DNA from: Candidatus Thorarchaeota archaeon
GTDB taxonomy: Archaea; Asgardarchaeota; Thorarchaeia; Thorarchaeales; Thorarchaeaceae
Reading direction: 5' to 3'
DNA: 19,514 nt
NCBI GenBank assembly: GCA_016840855.1
Contig: JAEORO010000086.1
Coordinates: 1-19,514, forward strand
The position numbers and the translations under genes are program-made. The notes below the pieces were generated by a model. It worked only from the letters and a program-made list of their open reading frames with translations, was not told the origin of the DNA and ran no database searches. Shown piece after piece: positions 9,616 through 17,045 of this stretch (positions are counted from its first letter, which is position 1; each line of letters starts with the position of its first letter).

Positions 9616-9846
9616 CCTATAGGAACCGCTTTATAATTGTAACTAAACAAATAACCAAATAAATTGTGCTTAACAAATTGGCCAAACATGATTACAAATC
9701 GTAATTGTATTAGTTCAATTATTCATGTCCAAAGTTACAAAATAAAACATTGCTTCTTTTCCAGTTTATCACTCGGCAGATGATATTAGAACCTTGTTCA
9801 GATTTGAATCACAAGAATTGTTCTATTTTACTAAAGTATGATTCTG

Positions 9847-9884
9847 ATTTCATATGAAATGGTAACCAAGTTCTTACATAAGAA
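9847..9884. promoter_or_regulatory. Cluster of palindromes (candidate transcription factor sites) upstream of the amino acid ABC operon
   Basis: ATTTCATATGAAAT (9847-9860, perfect), TGGT-A-ACCA (9860-9868), TTCTTA-CA-TAAGAA (9871-9884). Confidence 0.4.
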
Positions 9885-10021
9885 TAAGCTATAATCAATC
9901 CAACTCAAAATAATTATTCGCATGCTGCAAAGCCTTCTTTTTTAATAAAAACCCTTTTCAGCCAGTTTGAAATAATGTTCAAGGTGAATCATAGGATTCG
10001 CAAAAGGAGGAAATGTGAAAA

Positions 10022-10819
10022 ATGTCAGAAAGCTCTGGCAGAGTAATGATGTCCATCTTACTAGTTGTTGGTCTAATCATCGGATTTGGTGTTGGTTATA
10101 TGATTCCAACACTTACACCCCCTGTTACTCCTCCCGATGATTACGACGTGATAACAGAAAGAGGTACAATAATCGTGGGGACCAACTCGGGTTGGCCACC
10201 ATTTGAAATGCTCAATACAACCACCAATGAGCTCTATGGGTTTGATATAGACCTGGCTGAAATGGTGGCAGACTATATTGGTGTGACAGTCGAATGGGTT
10301 GACATGGATTTTGATGCCCTTATAGGCGCATGTCAAGCTGGATCGATTGATATGATTGCTTCAGCGACATTCATCACCGCAGCGCGGTGTGAGGTCCTAC
10401 AGCCACTGTGTTGGTACATTAGAACAAACGAGGTCGTAGTGGTCAAGGCCAATTCAACACTTGAAATTGATGATCTCACTGATCTTGTTGGCTACACTGT
10501 GGGTGCTCAAACAGGAACTACTGAGGACGAAGAGCTCTCAGCAATCGCAGGTGTCGATTTAGTGAGATATCCTCTTGTCGAAACAATGTTTCAAGACTTG
10601 AATTCTGGCGCGCTTGATGCTGTATATGTAGACGAGCCAATTGTAGCTCTTTACAGTACTGTATATAGTGTCAAGATAATACACACAGTGACTGCTCCAC
10701 CAACTGCATTCTATATAAGATATGGCAGTGACAGACTTTCTGCTGCTATTAATAGCGCTATAGCTGAAGGATTTGCTGATGGATCTGTGGATGCACTTAT
10801 AGCACAGTGGTTTGGGTGA
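10022..10819 (+). CDS. Polar amino acid ABC transporter substrate-binding protein (SBP family 3), N-terminally membrane-anchored
   Basis: N-terminal TM plus Pro/Thr linker. GT...WPPFE, GFDIDLA, FDALI, VGAQTGTT, G.LDAV..D motifs. AGGAGG SD at 10005-10010. Confidence 0.93.
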   Translation: MSESSGRVMMSILLVVGLIIGFGVGYMIPTLTPPVTPPDDYDVITERGTIIVGTNSGWPPFEMLNTTTNELYGFDIDLAEMVADYIGVTVEWVDMDFDALIGACQAGSIDMIASATFITAARCEVLQPLCWYIRTNEVVVVKANSTLEIDDLTDLVGYTVGAQTGTTEDEELSAIAGVDLVRYPLVETMFQDLNSGALDAVYVDEPIVALYSTVYSVKIIHTVTAPPTAFYIRYGSDRLSAAINSAIAEGFADGSVDALIAQWFG

Positions 10820-10825
10820 GATTGA

Positions 10826-11518
10826 GTGCAAGGGCCGTTTGGGTTATTCGATATTCTCATATTGATACTCATTAGAGGACTCCCAATGACCCTTGCTCTC
10901 ACCCTTCTTTCTTTAGCAGTCGGTTTTTTGGTAGGAATTCTACTTGCTTTGATTCGTGTATATGCTCCATATGGGTTGAACTACGTCGCCATTGGGTATG
11001 AGAAAATATTCAGAGGAATTCCGTTACTTGTACTAATTTTCATATTTGGAGCTGCACTATTGCGGTATTTTATGTGGACGGGTTCCTTAGCAAATGCGTT
11101 ATTCTTTTCTGCTATGCTATCGCTCGCTCTGAGAAGTGCAGCATATCAATCTGAGATATTCCGCGGTGCGATAATGTCGGTTGATCCGGGACAGATGATG
11201 GCTGCACGGTCAATTGGAATGAATACTTTACAGGCAACTCGAAGTATAATCTTACCACAAGCGCTACGACTATCTTTACCCGGATGGGCCAATGAATATG
11301 CCGTCGTTATCAAAGATACATCATTAGCTAGTGCGATTGGCATATCTGATTTAATCTATCAAGCTCAAGCATTCACGTGGGACTATCCAGCTCAATTTCT
11401 ACCGATCATACTTATTGTAGCGATTATTTATTTCGTTTTTACATACCCTGTTACCAAGTATCTGGGAGAGAGTATGATATTGAAGCTTAGACAACTTGGA
11501 CTTGGAGGTGGCAGATAA
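10826..11518 (+). CDS. Polar amino acid ABC transporter permease (HisM/GlnP-like)
   Basis: [28 protein letters not shown] loop, ILPQA.R, IKDTSL. GTG start 6 nt after GGTGA. Confidence 0.93.
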   Translation: MQGPFGLFDILILILIRGLPMTLALTLLSLAVGFLVGILLALIRVYAPYGLNYVAIGYEKIFRGIPLLVLIFIFGAALLRYFMWTGSLANALFFSAMLSLALRSAAYQSEIFRGAIMSVDPGQMMAARSIGMNTLQATRSIILPQALRLSLPGWANEYAVVIKDTSLASAIGISDLIYQAQAFTWDYPAQFLPIILIVAIIYFVFTYPVTKYLGESMILKLRQLGLGGGR

Positions 11519-12288
11519 TTACAGTTGTTTTAGATGTAAAAGATGTGTGGAAAGCATATGATACACTTGAGGTATTGAGAGGTATATCCTTTGATGTAAA
11601 CGAAGGGGAAGTGAAAGTCATCTTCGGACCAAGTGGATCTGGGAAAAGTACTCTTCTGAGAGTTATCAATATGCTTACTCCACCTGACAAAGGTGAAGTC
11701 TTTCTCCGCGGAGAGAGTCTTATGAATCCGAAAGCGGATCTTAGCAAATTACGCTCACACATTGGTTTTGTTTTCCAAAATTTCAATCTCTTTGCACATT
11801 TGAAAGCGATAGATAATGTTAGCATAGGACCTCGTCTTGTTCTCGGAAAGACAAAAGAAGAGGCTGAAGAGGCCGCGCATAAGGCGCTAGAACATGTCCG
11901 GATGAATGAATGGAGCAATCACTATCCAGCTGAATTAAGTGGTGGCCAACAACAACGTGTGGGAATTGCACGATCTCTAGCCATGGACCCTGATGTCATC
12001 TTATTTGACGAACCCACATCAGCTCTAGACCCTGAGCTAATAGGTGAAGTATTGCAAGTAATGCTTGACATCGCTCGAGAAGGAACAACAATGGTAGTGG
12101 TCACGCACGAAATGGGATTTGCACGAGCTGTTTCGAATGAGATGATCTTCATGGATAAAGGTGTTGTTGTGGAAAGGGGCACTCCACAGCATTTCTTCAC
12201 AAATCCCGAATCTGAGAGAGCAAGAACCTTCCTTCATAAGTTGGAGGTCTTGTACGGACAGGCTGAGAGCGATATGGATTCTCAATGA
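11518..12288 (+). CDS. Polar amino acid ABC transporter ATP-binding protein (GlnQ-like); probable ATT start at 11518
   Basis: Walker [26 protein letters not shown], Walker [18 protein letters not shown]. The frame extends upstream of GTG 11545 ([14 protein letters not shown]) to an ATT 7 nt after GGAGGTG (11504-11510). Confidence 0.93.
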   Translation: MTVVLDVKDVWKAYDTLEVLRGISFDVNEGEVKVIFGPSGSGKSTLLRVINMLTPPDKGEVFLRGESLMNPKADLSKLRSHIGFVFQNFNLFAHLKAIDNVSIGPRLVLGKTKEEAEEAAHKALEHVRMNEWSNHYPAELSGGQQQRVGIARSLAMDPDVILFDEPTSALDPELIGEVLQVMLDIAREGTTMVVVTHEMGFARAVSNEMIFMDKGVVVERGTPQHFFTNPESERARTFLHKLEVLYGQAESDMDSQ

Positions 12289-12301
12289 TGGAGGTTTCTA
12301 G

Positions 12302-13087
12302 CTGACAACTACATCACTGAATCATCTCATCGGTATCTCTGATATATTCGAAGATTTAGAGAAAATAGGGCAATACTTGCCTGAACTAGTTAATGGTTTT
12401 ATGATGATGATGGGGATGTACATATTCGCGCTAACTTTTGGCCTAGGGCTTGGATTAGTGATAGCCATTGCTCGACACTATGGTGGTCGTATCACATCAA
12501 GAATAGCTACAGCGTACATCGAGTTTCTAAGGGGTACCCCCTTAGTAGCTCAGATTCTGGCAGTCACTATTATTCCCTATGCAATCAACATTTGGCTTGA
12601 GGCTCAAGGCTTACCTCCTATCGATGTTTCTTGGCGCATTACGATACTTGATGTATATGGAATCCAACGGACAATTCTGAGTACTAGGATTTTATTATGC
12701 ATGATAACTCTTGGTCTCAATAGTGGTGCATACCAAGCCGAGTTTTTCCGTGGTTCGCTATCATCCATCGCAGCTGGTCAGACACTCGCAGCTCAATCAA
12801 TAGGAATGACAAAACGTCAGGAGATCAGACACATAGCACTTCCTCAGGGATTAAGACGTTCTATACCTGCGTGGGCAAATGAAGCAGTTTATCTTCCAAA
12901 GTACATCACAGTAGCATATTTCGTTGGTGTTCCTGAACTGTTTGGTGCAGCAAAGTTGGTAGCAACACGTACTTACGAAGCACTCCTCGTTTATGGTTTG
13001 ATTGCTATTGTATTCCTAATACTAATTAGCATCATATCATTCCTACTAGACTACCTATACAAGCGGATTAAGATACCCGGGCTTTGA
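12302..13087 (+). CDS. Second polar amino acid ABC transporter permease; probable CTG start at 12302
   Basis: YIEFLRGTPL, AYQAEFFRG, GQ..AA.SIGM, LPQGLRR. CTG 12302 is the first codon after an in-frame TAG and lies 6 nt after GGAGGT (12290-12295). The track start TTG 12377 has no clear SD. Confidence 0.9.
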   Translation: MTTTSLNHLIGISDIFEDLEKIGQYLPELVNGFMMMMGMYIFALTFGLGLGLVIAIARHYGGRITSRIATAYIEFLRGTPLVAQILAVTIIPYAINIWLEAQGLPPIDVSWRITILDVYGIQRTILSTRILLCMITLGLNSGAYQAEFFRGSLSSIAAGQTLAAQSIGMTKRQEIRHIALPQGLRRSIPAWANEAVYLPKYITVAYFVGVPELFGAAKLVATRTYEALLVYGLIAIVFLILISIISFLLDYLYKRIKIPGL

Positions 13088-13145
13088 GTCGTGCTTACAA
13101 ACCTAAAATTAGTAGCAAGCATAGAATCTATCCATATCTTTTAGA

Positions 13146-13187
13146 TTGTATACATAATTGCATACAATTGTATACTATTTGTACACA
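13146..13187. repeat. Four phased TTGTATACA-like boxes (candidate operator array)
   Basis: TTGTATACA 13146, TTGCATACA 13158, TTGTATACT 13168, TTGTACACA 13179. Spacing 12/10/11 bp; core TGTATACA is palindromic. Confidence 0.7.
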
Positions 13188-13195
13188 TCCATTAC

Positions 13196-13232
13196 CTTAT
13201 ATTCGGTTCTAAAAATCTCCATGAAAGGGTGA
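13196..13232 (+). promoter_or_regulatory. Putative TATA box (CTTATA, 13196-13201) and SD (GGGTGA, 13227-13232) of the 2-TM gene pair
   Basis: Spacing fits an archaeal promoter and RBS; SD is 7 nt before TTG 13240. Confidence 0.5.
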
Positions 13233-13239
13233 GTAATAA

Positions 13240-13551
13240 TTGTCGTCGCGTGACATCCAAATGGAAACTAGCGCTGATATTCTTTCTATCGCTTCAAGAT
13301 ATATTGTAGTCAGCGTTCTGGTAATTGCAATAGGCGCAGTTTCAACAGTCTACGCCATTCTTGATTATCTTGTCTATGGGCTACTCCATGGATTATTTTT
13401 ACTCCTAGGTGGATTCTTCCTTGGCATAGCATTCATCATAATCGGGCTCTTCATTGGAGCTTGGGGTCTGTACTGGATGCGAGCAGAGGGTAAACGTCTA
13501 CGGAAGAGATTCGAAGGCAAAATTACCAACATAGGAGGAACGATATCATGA
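13240..13551 (+). CDS. Small 2-TM hypothetical membrane protein (paralog A)
   Basis: Two hydrophobic helices, basic C-terminal tail, SD-led TTG start, similarity to the downstream ORF. Confidence 0.8.
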   Translation: MSSRDIQMETSADILSIASRYIVVSVLVIAIGAVSTVYAILDYLVYGLLHGLFLLLGGFFLGIAFIIIGLFIGAWGLYWMRAEGKRLRKRFEGKITNIGGTIS

Positions 13552-13931
13552 AACACGCTGAGAAGGAAATGAATGTTCCAAACCCTGCATCTCCAATACT
13601 AGAAGAAGAGAAACCAAAGGTCAAAAGGGAAAAACCTCTGAAGATTCGAAAGGTGAAAACCGTAACTTGGGAAGATGTGACTCAGAAGGTCTATGATCGT
13701 ATTGAGTGGTATGCTACAAGGTTTATCATCATGTCAACAATAGGAGTGGTGATTGGTTTCATAGCACTTGTTTATGGTGGAATTGCTTATGTCTTCACTC
13801 CAGCTACTTTACAGGATGTTAGTGTCTTCTTGGCTGTGTTCATAGGTATTGGTGCAATTGTCGCCTCGCTAATCCTCCTAGCATGGGGAGTATTCTGGCG
13901 AAAGAAAGTCGAGATACGTAACATATTCTAG
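13548..13931 (+). CDS. Small 2-TM hypothetical membrane protein (paralog B) with a charged N-terminal extension
   Basis: ATGA overlap with paralog A, AGGAGGA SD, two TM helices ending AWGVFW (AWGLYW in A). Confidence 0.82.
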   Translation: MKHAEKEMNVPNPASPILEEEKPKVKREKPLKIRKVKTVTWEDVTQKVYDRIEWYATRFIIMSTIGVVIGFIALVYGGIAYVFTPATLQDVSVFLAVFIGIGAIVASLILLAWGVFWRKKVEIRNIF

Positions 13932-13968
13932 CTATGATTAATTCTATCCTGTTTCCACTTTCCGAAGT

Positions 13969-13989
13969 TCTAGTGTGACTAGATTTTTT
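13969..13989 (+). terminator. Possible terminator: short hairpin plus T6
   Basis: TCTAGT-GTG-ACTAGA followed by TTTTTT, between convergent transcription units. Confidence 0.45.
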
Positions 13990-13995
13990 CTTACA

Positions 13996-14871
13996 CTAGA
14001 ACTGCTCTAGTGCTCCTTTTCGCCGTACAAAACGTTCAGTGTATCGAAACATTAAGGCGCCAACTGTAAAGAAGATGATGTCTAGAATTATTAGAGCTAC
14101 AACTGCTTGTGCGACCCCCTGATAGGCAAGTCCATTCATCAAGAACCCTCTAAATGCTTCAGTGCTCCAGGTGAGAGGAGATGCATTGGAAATGTACTGT
14201 AGTATAGGTGGAAGTACTGAGATTGGATAAGCCATCGGAGCTACTAGTAGTAAACCACTGGTTATGAACTCCACAATCATCCAACCTTGCTTAGCCAACA
14301 AAACAATGCACGTGATTGCAAATGCGACTCCTTGGAGACCGATAATAGTAAGGGCAATTATGCCTAGTGCAGGTAAAATACCCCAAATATTCAAAGTCAC
14401 ACCAAAGAATAGTATGGCGGCAGAAAGCTGCAACATCACGCCCAATCCTCCATGTTGAAGGTTATGCAACATAGATCCCCAAACCAAGGTACTTCTACCC
14501 ATTGGAGTAGTCATGAGAGTTTCAAGTGTTCCTGCGTTTTGTTCTCTCCTCAATGAGAAACCAGTCCCCCACATGAGACTAATTGTTAAACCGATAATGG
14601 ATGTTCCTATGGCAATATAGGTCACCCAGTCCAATGTTCCAGCTAAATCATTAAGAACAACCGACTCGGAACCTCCAGCTACTGCTGAACCAGTGATCAG
14701 CATTGGAATGAACCAAAGAAAAGGCATGACAATGAACCAAAGCACACTCAATGGATAGCTCAACTCAATCTTCCATATATTGATTGAAATTGCCCATGCA
14801 GCTCTAGCTTCTGATCTTACACCTTTTCTAGTCCACATCCTTTGAAATTCTTCGCTCTCCTGATATGTCAT
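13996..14871 (-). CDS. ABC-2 type exporter permease (second)
   Basis: REQNAGTLETLMTTP, YPISVLP, SPLTW motifs and about 6 TMs. Start moved to ATG 14871 (GGAGG SD, 1 nt after the upstream stop) from the overlapping 14955. Confidence 0.9.
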   Translation of the reverse strand: MTYQESEEFQRMWTRKGVRSEARAAWAISINIWKIELSYPLSVLWFIVMPFLWFIPMLITGSAVAGGSESVVLNDLAGTLDWVTYIAIGTSIIGLTISLMWGTGFSLRREQNAGTLETLMTTPMGRSTLVWGSMLHNLQHGGLGVMLQLSAAILFFGVTLNIWGILPALGIIALTIIGLQGVAFAITCIVLLAKQGWMIVEFITSGLLLVAPMAYPISVLPPILQYISNASPLTWSTEAFRGFLMNGLAYQGVAQAVVALIILDIIFFTVGALMFRYTERFVRRKGALEQF

Positions 14872-14872
14872 T

Positions 14873-15772
14873 TTAGAATCCTCCCATACTTCCACGTTCT
14901 TTTGTCCAATTCTCGCCCCATCTGAATGCAAGTATACCAATCGTCCAGAATCCAATAATTAGTCCTAGCATCCAAACAGATGCTTGTAGGAATGAGAATG
15001 GCTCAAACACTCCTGTGATAGCGAGCTCTCTAATTGATATGATTGCAATTGTCGATGGCACCAGAACTGCTGCATACCTTGCCGCAGCTGGTAGAGCTTG
15101 AAGTGGGTATGTTATTGGTGAGAGAACATATGTCATGTTCGAGATTAACTCTGTCAAGACACTTGGATCTTTGAACACAAGTATCAATCCTGCAATCAGG
15201 AAGCTAAATCCATAGAGGGCAAAAACCATCATGGTCAGCATAATGACTATTGGTGCTACCATTGTGAATGCATAGGTGACACCAAATAGTGCCGAAGATA
15301 TAGTCAACAACACGCAGGCTGAGAATGTGCATTGCAATGTGTCAGAGAATGCTGCACCCACTAGGATGCTAATTCTAGGTACTGGTGTCACAAAGAGTGG
15401 TTCCAAGGTACCTGAGAATTGTTCCCAGCGGAAGTTATTGCCCACTGACCAGATGCTCTTGTCCACATACTGATAGACAAATACTGCAATGATTGAGAAT
15501 GTGATAAAGTCCTGAAATCCAGATAGCTCAGTGAAGTGCTGACTGGTTCCAGGTCCTGCAATCGCAATCATCATGAGTATATACGGTGCATACCATAAGA
15601 GGGGCAGAATTCCCCAGATCAGAAAGTTTGCTGGATACCGTATCGCAATTCGTAGGTTTTTTAATGCGAAGACCTTTGCTGCTTGCCAGTCCATCAGTCT
15701 GGGTCTAAAGCTCCTGAGGTAAACGCTCTCAACAGCTCCAGACTCTTCTTGCGTTGTATCTACGATTGTCAA
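14873..15772 (-). CDS. ABC-2 type exporter permease (first)
   Basis: WEQFSGTLEPLFVTP, YPLQALP motifs and about 6 TMs. TTG start overlaps the ATPase stop (TTGA). Confidence 0.9.
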   Translation of the reverse strand: MTIVDTTQEESGAVESVYLRSFRPRLMDWQAAKVFALKNLRIAIRYPANFLIWGILPLLWYAPYILMMIAIAGPGTSQHFTELSGFQDFITFSIIAVFVYQYVDKSIWSVGNNFRWEQFSGTLEPLFVTPVPRISILVGAAFSDTLQCTFSACVLLTISSALFGVTYAFTMVAPIVIMLTMMVFALYGFSFLIAGLILVFKDPSVLTELISNMTYVLSPITYPLQALPAAARYAAVLVPSTIAIISIRELAITGVFEPFSFLQASVWMLGLIIGFWTIGILAFRWGENWTKERGSMGGF

Positions 15773-16761
15773 TCCTCAATCCTCCTCCCAGTCAGTTTCA
15801 TGAAAACATCATCCAGAGTAGGTTCTTTCACCTCAAAGTGTTCAACCTTAACTCCTGGTGTCTGATGCATCATGTTCAGTAGTCTGTAAGCAAGTTCATA
15901 GCCATCCTCTGCAGTCACAATGAGCTCAGAGTGTCCATTTCTCTCTGTTGAGGATGCGGACATCACCATATCCATACTCTTTATGCTCTCAATATCAGGA
16001 GTCCCTACAACCTTCATGTGAAGGCTATCGTAATGTCTGACCTCTTCTTTGAGTTCCTTGGGTGTACCCAAGCTCTTTAGCTCGCCCTCATTTATCAGAG
16101 CGATTTTATCACACAAAAGGTCCGCTTCATGCATGTAATGCGTTGTCAGCAATATCGTCCTATCTCGCAAGGAATTCCGGATATACATCCTCAGGTCTGT
16201 TGCGAAAGTTGGATCAAGGCCTTGAGTTGGTTCGTCTAGGAGTAAAATTGGTGGGTCATGTAGAAGTGCTCGAGCGAAGACTATTTTCATGCGCATTCCG
16301 TGTGACAAGTTTTCAGCCTTCTCATCTGCTTTGTCTAAAAGCCCCATTCGACCCAAAAGGTCGTCTGCTCTCTCCTTTGCCTCACTGTGTGACATTCTGT
16401 ACAGCTTAGCAAAGAAGATCATGTTCTCTCTCGCGCTAAGTTTCCAATAGATTGAGCGCTCGTTACCCTGACACACGCCCATCGATGCTCTGGCGTATGT
16501 TGACTCCTTTAGGACATCATATCCATTTAATTTAGCAGTCCCTGACGTAGGTAAGACTAGAGTCGCTAGACATTTGATTAGAGTTGTTTTGCCCGCTCCA
16601 TTTGGTCCCAAAAGGCCGTAGATTTGACCTCTCGGAATATCCATTGTAATGGACTTGAGCGCCTCAACTCTCGTTTTCTCTACTGGGACGACAATTGCTC
16701 GCCTTCTGATGCTGATGAAGGTTTTTGAAAGGTCATAAATTTCTACAGCGTTTTGATTCAA
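15769..16761 (-). CDS. ABC-2 (DrrA/NodI-like) exporter ATP-binding protein
   Basis: GLLGPNGAGKTT, LSHGM signature, LLLDEPT.GLDP, TTHYMHEAD, C-terminal EPTLDDVF. TTG start with GGAGGT at 16775-16770. Confidence 0.93.
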   Translation of the reverse strand: MNQNAVEIYDLSKTFISIRRRAIVVPVEKTRVEALKSITMDIPRGQIYGLLGPNGAGKTTLIKCLATLVLPTSGTAKLNGYDVLKESTYARASMGVCQGNERSIYWKLSARENMIFFAKLYRMSHSEAKERADDLLGRMGLLDKADEKAENLSHGMRMKIVFARALLHDPPILLLDEPTQGLDPTFATDLRMYIRNSLRDRTILLTTHYMHEADLLCDKIALINEGELKSLGTPKELKEEVRHYDSLHMKVVGTPDIESIKSMDMVMSASSTERNGHSELIVTAEDGYELAYRLLNMMHQTPGVKVEHFEVKEPTLDDVFMKLTGRRIED

Positions 16762-16764
16762 CGT

Positions 16765-16911
16765 TTAATACCTCCCCCAAGTCGGGTGAGAGTTTTGGTG
16801 TTCGTTCACATAGCTCATAATATACACTCGGATGATAATCTACCCGAGTGAGAAAGAATCGCTCGGGTATCAAACCCGCATATGTTTCGTGAGCATGCTG
16901 AACACCTACTC
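16765..16911 (-). promoter_or_regulatory. Highly structured 5' leader (candidate cis-regulatory RNA or attenuator) of the ABC-2 operon
   Basis: Long-range arms GAGT.GGTGTTC/GAACACC...ACTC and GCTCA/TGAGC. Inner competing helices CGGGT/ACCCG, TACCCGAG/CTCGGGTA, CACTCGG/CCGAGTG. A final CCC/GGG hairpin abuts the SD. Confidence 0.6.
16870..16896 (-). CDS. Putative leader peptide uORF MLTKHMRV
   Basis: ATG CTC ACG AAA CAT ATG CGG GTT TGA, with AGGTG 6 nt upstream, the same SD spacing as the larger genes in this window. Translation unproven. Confidence 0.4.
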   Translation of the reverse strand: MLTKHMRV

Positions 16912-16922
16912 CGTGCGGTTCG

Positions 16923-16934
16923 TTATATGTATAA
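16923..16934. promoter_or_regulatory. Symmetric TTATA-TG-TATAA core, candidate bidirectional TATA for the divergent ABC-2 and EamA units
   Basis: Reads TTATA on both strands and is flanked by the inverted repeat CGTGCG (16912-16917)/CGCACG (16946-16951). Confidence 0.5.
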
Positions 16935-17045
16935 GAATTTTACCACGCACGCGAGGACCTTGTGTTTTCTAGAGAATGTTCCAAAATATCGCCTGTTGTG
17001 CGCATTCCGATATTGTCTTAGGTGAATCTTCGGGCTCCTCACCTT

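Noticed and set aside
10013-10018. ATG-TGA start-stop element between the SD and the SBP start
   Set aside because: Only 2 nt from the SD, too close for efficient initiation; likely chance.
13146-13187. Repeats as a CRISPR array or replication iterons
   Set aside because: Units are 9 bp with 1-3 bp gaps, there are no spacers, and no cas or orc1/cdc6 gene is nearby.
14872-14955. Track start of the second ABC-2 permease at 14955
   Set aside because: It overlaps the upstream permease by 83 nt; ATG 14871 has a GGAGG SD and abuts the upstream stop.
16765-16818. Second uORF MSYVNEHQNSHPTWGRY ending just before the ABC-2 ATPase start
   Set aside because: No SD and buried in the 3' arm of the structure. 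Not called, though worth rechecking if Ribo-seq is available.
17026-17034. ATCTTCGGG resembling the 5' end of an FMN riboswitch
   Set aside because: The downstream conserved FMN elements (GGTGAAATTCCC, ACCGGCGGT) are absent.
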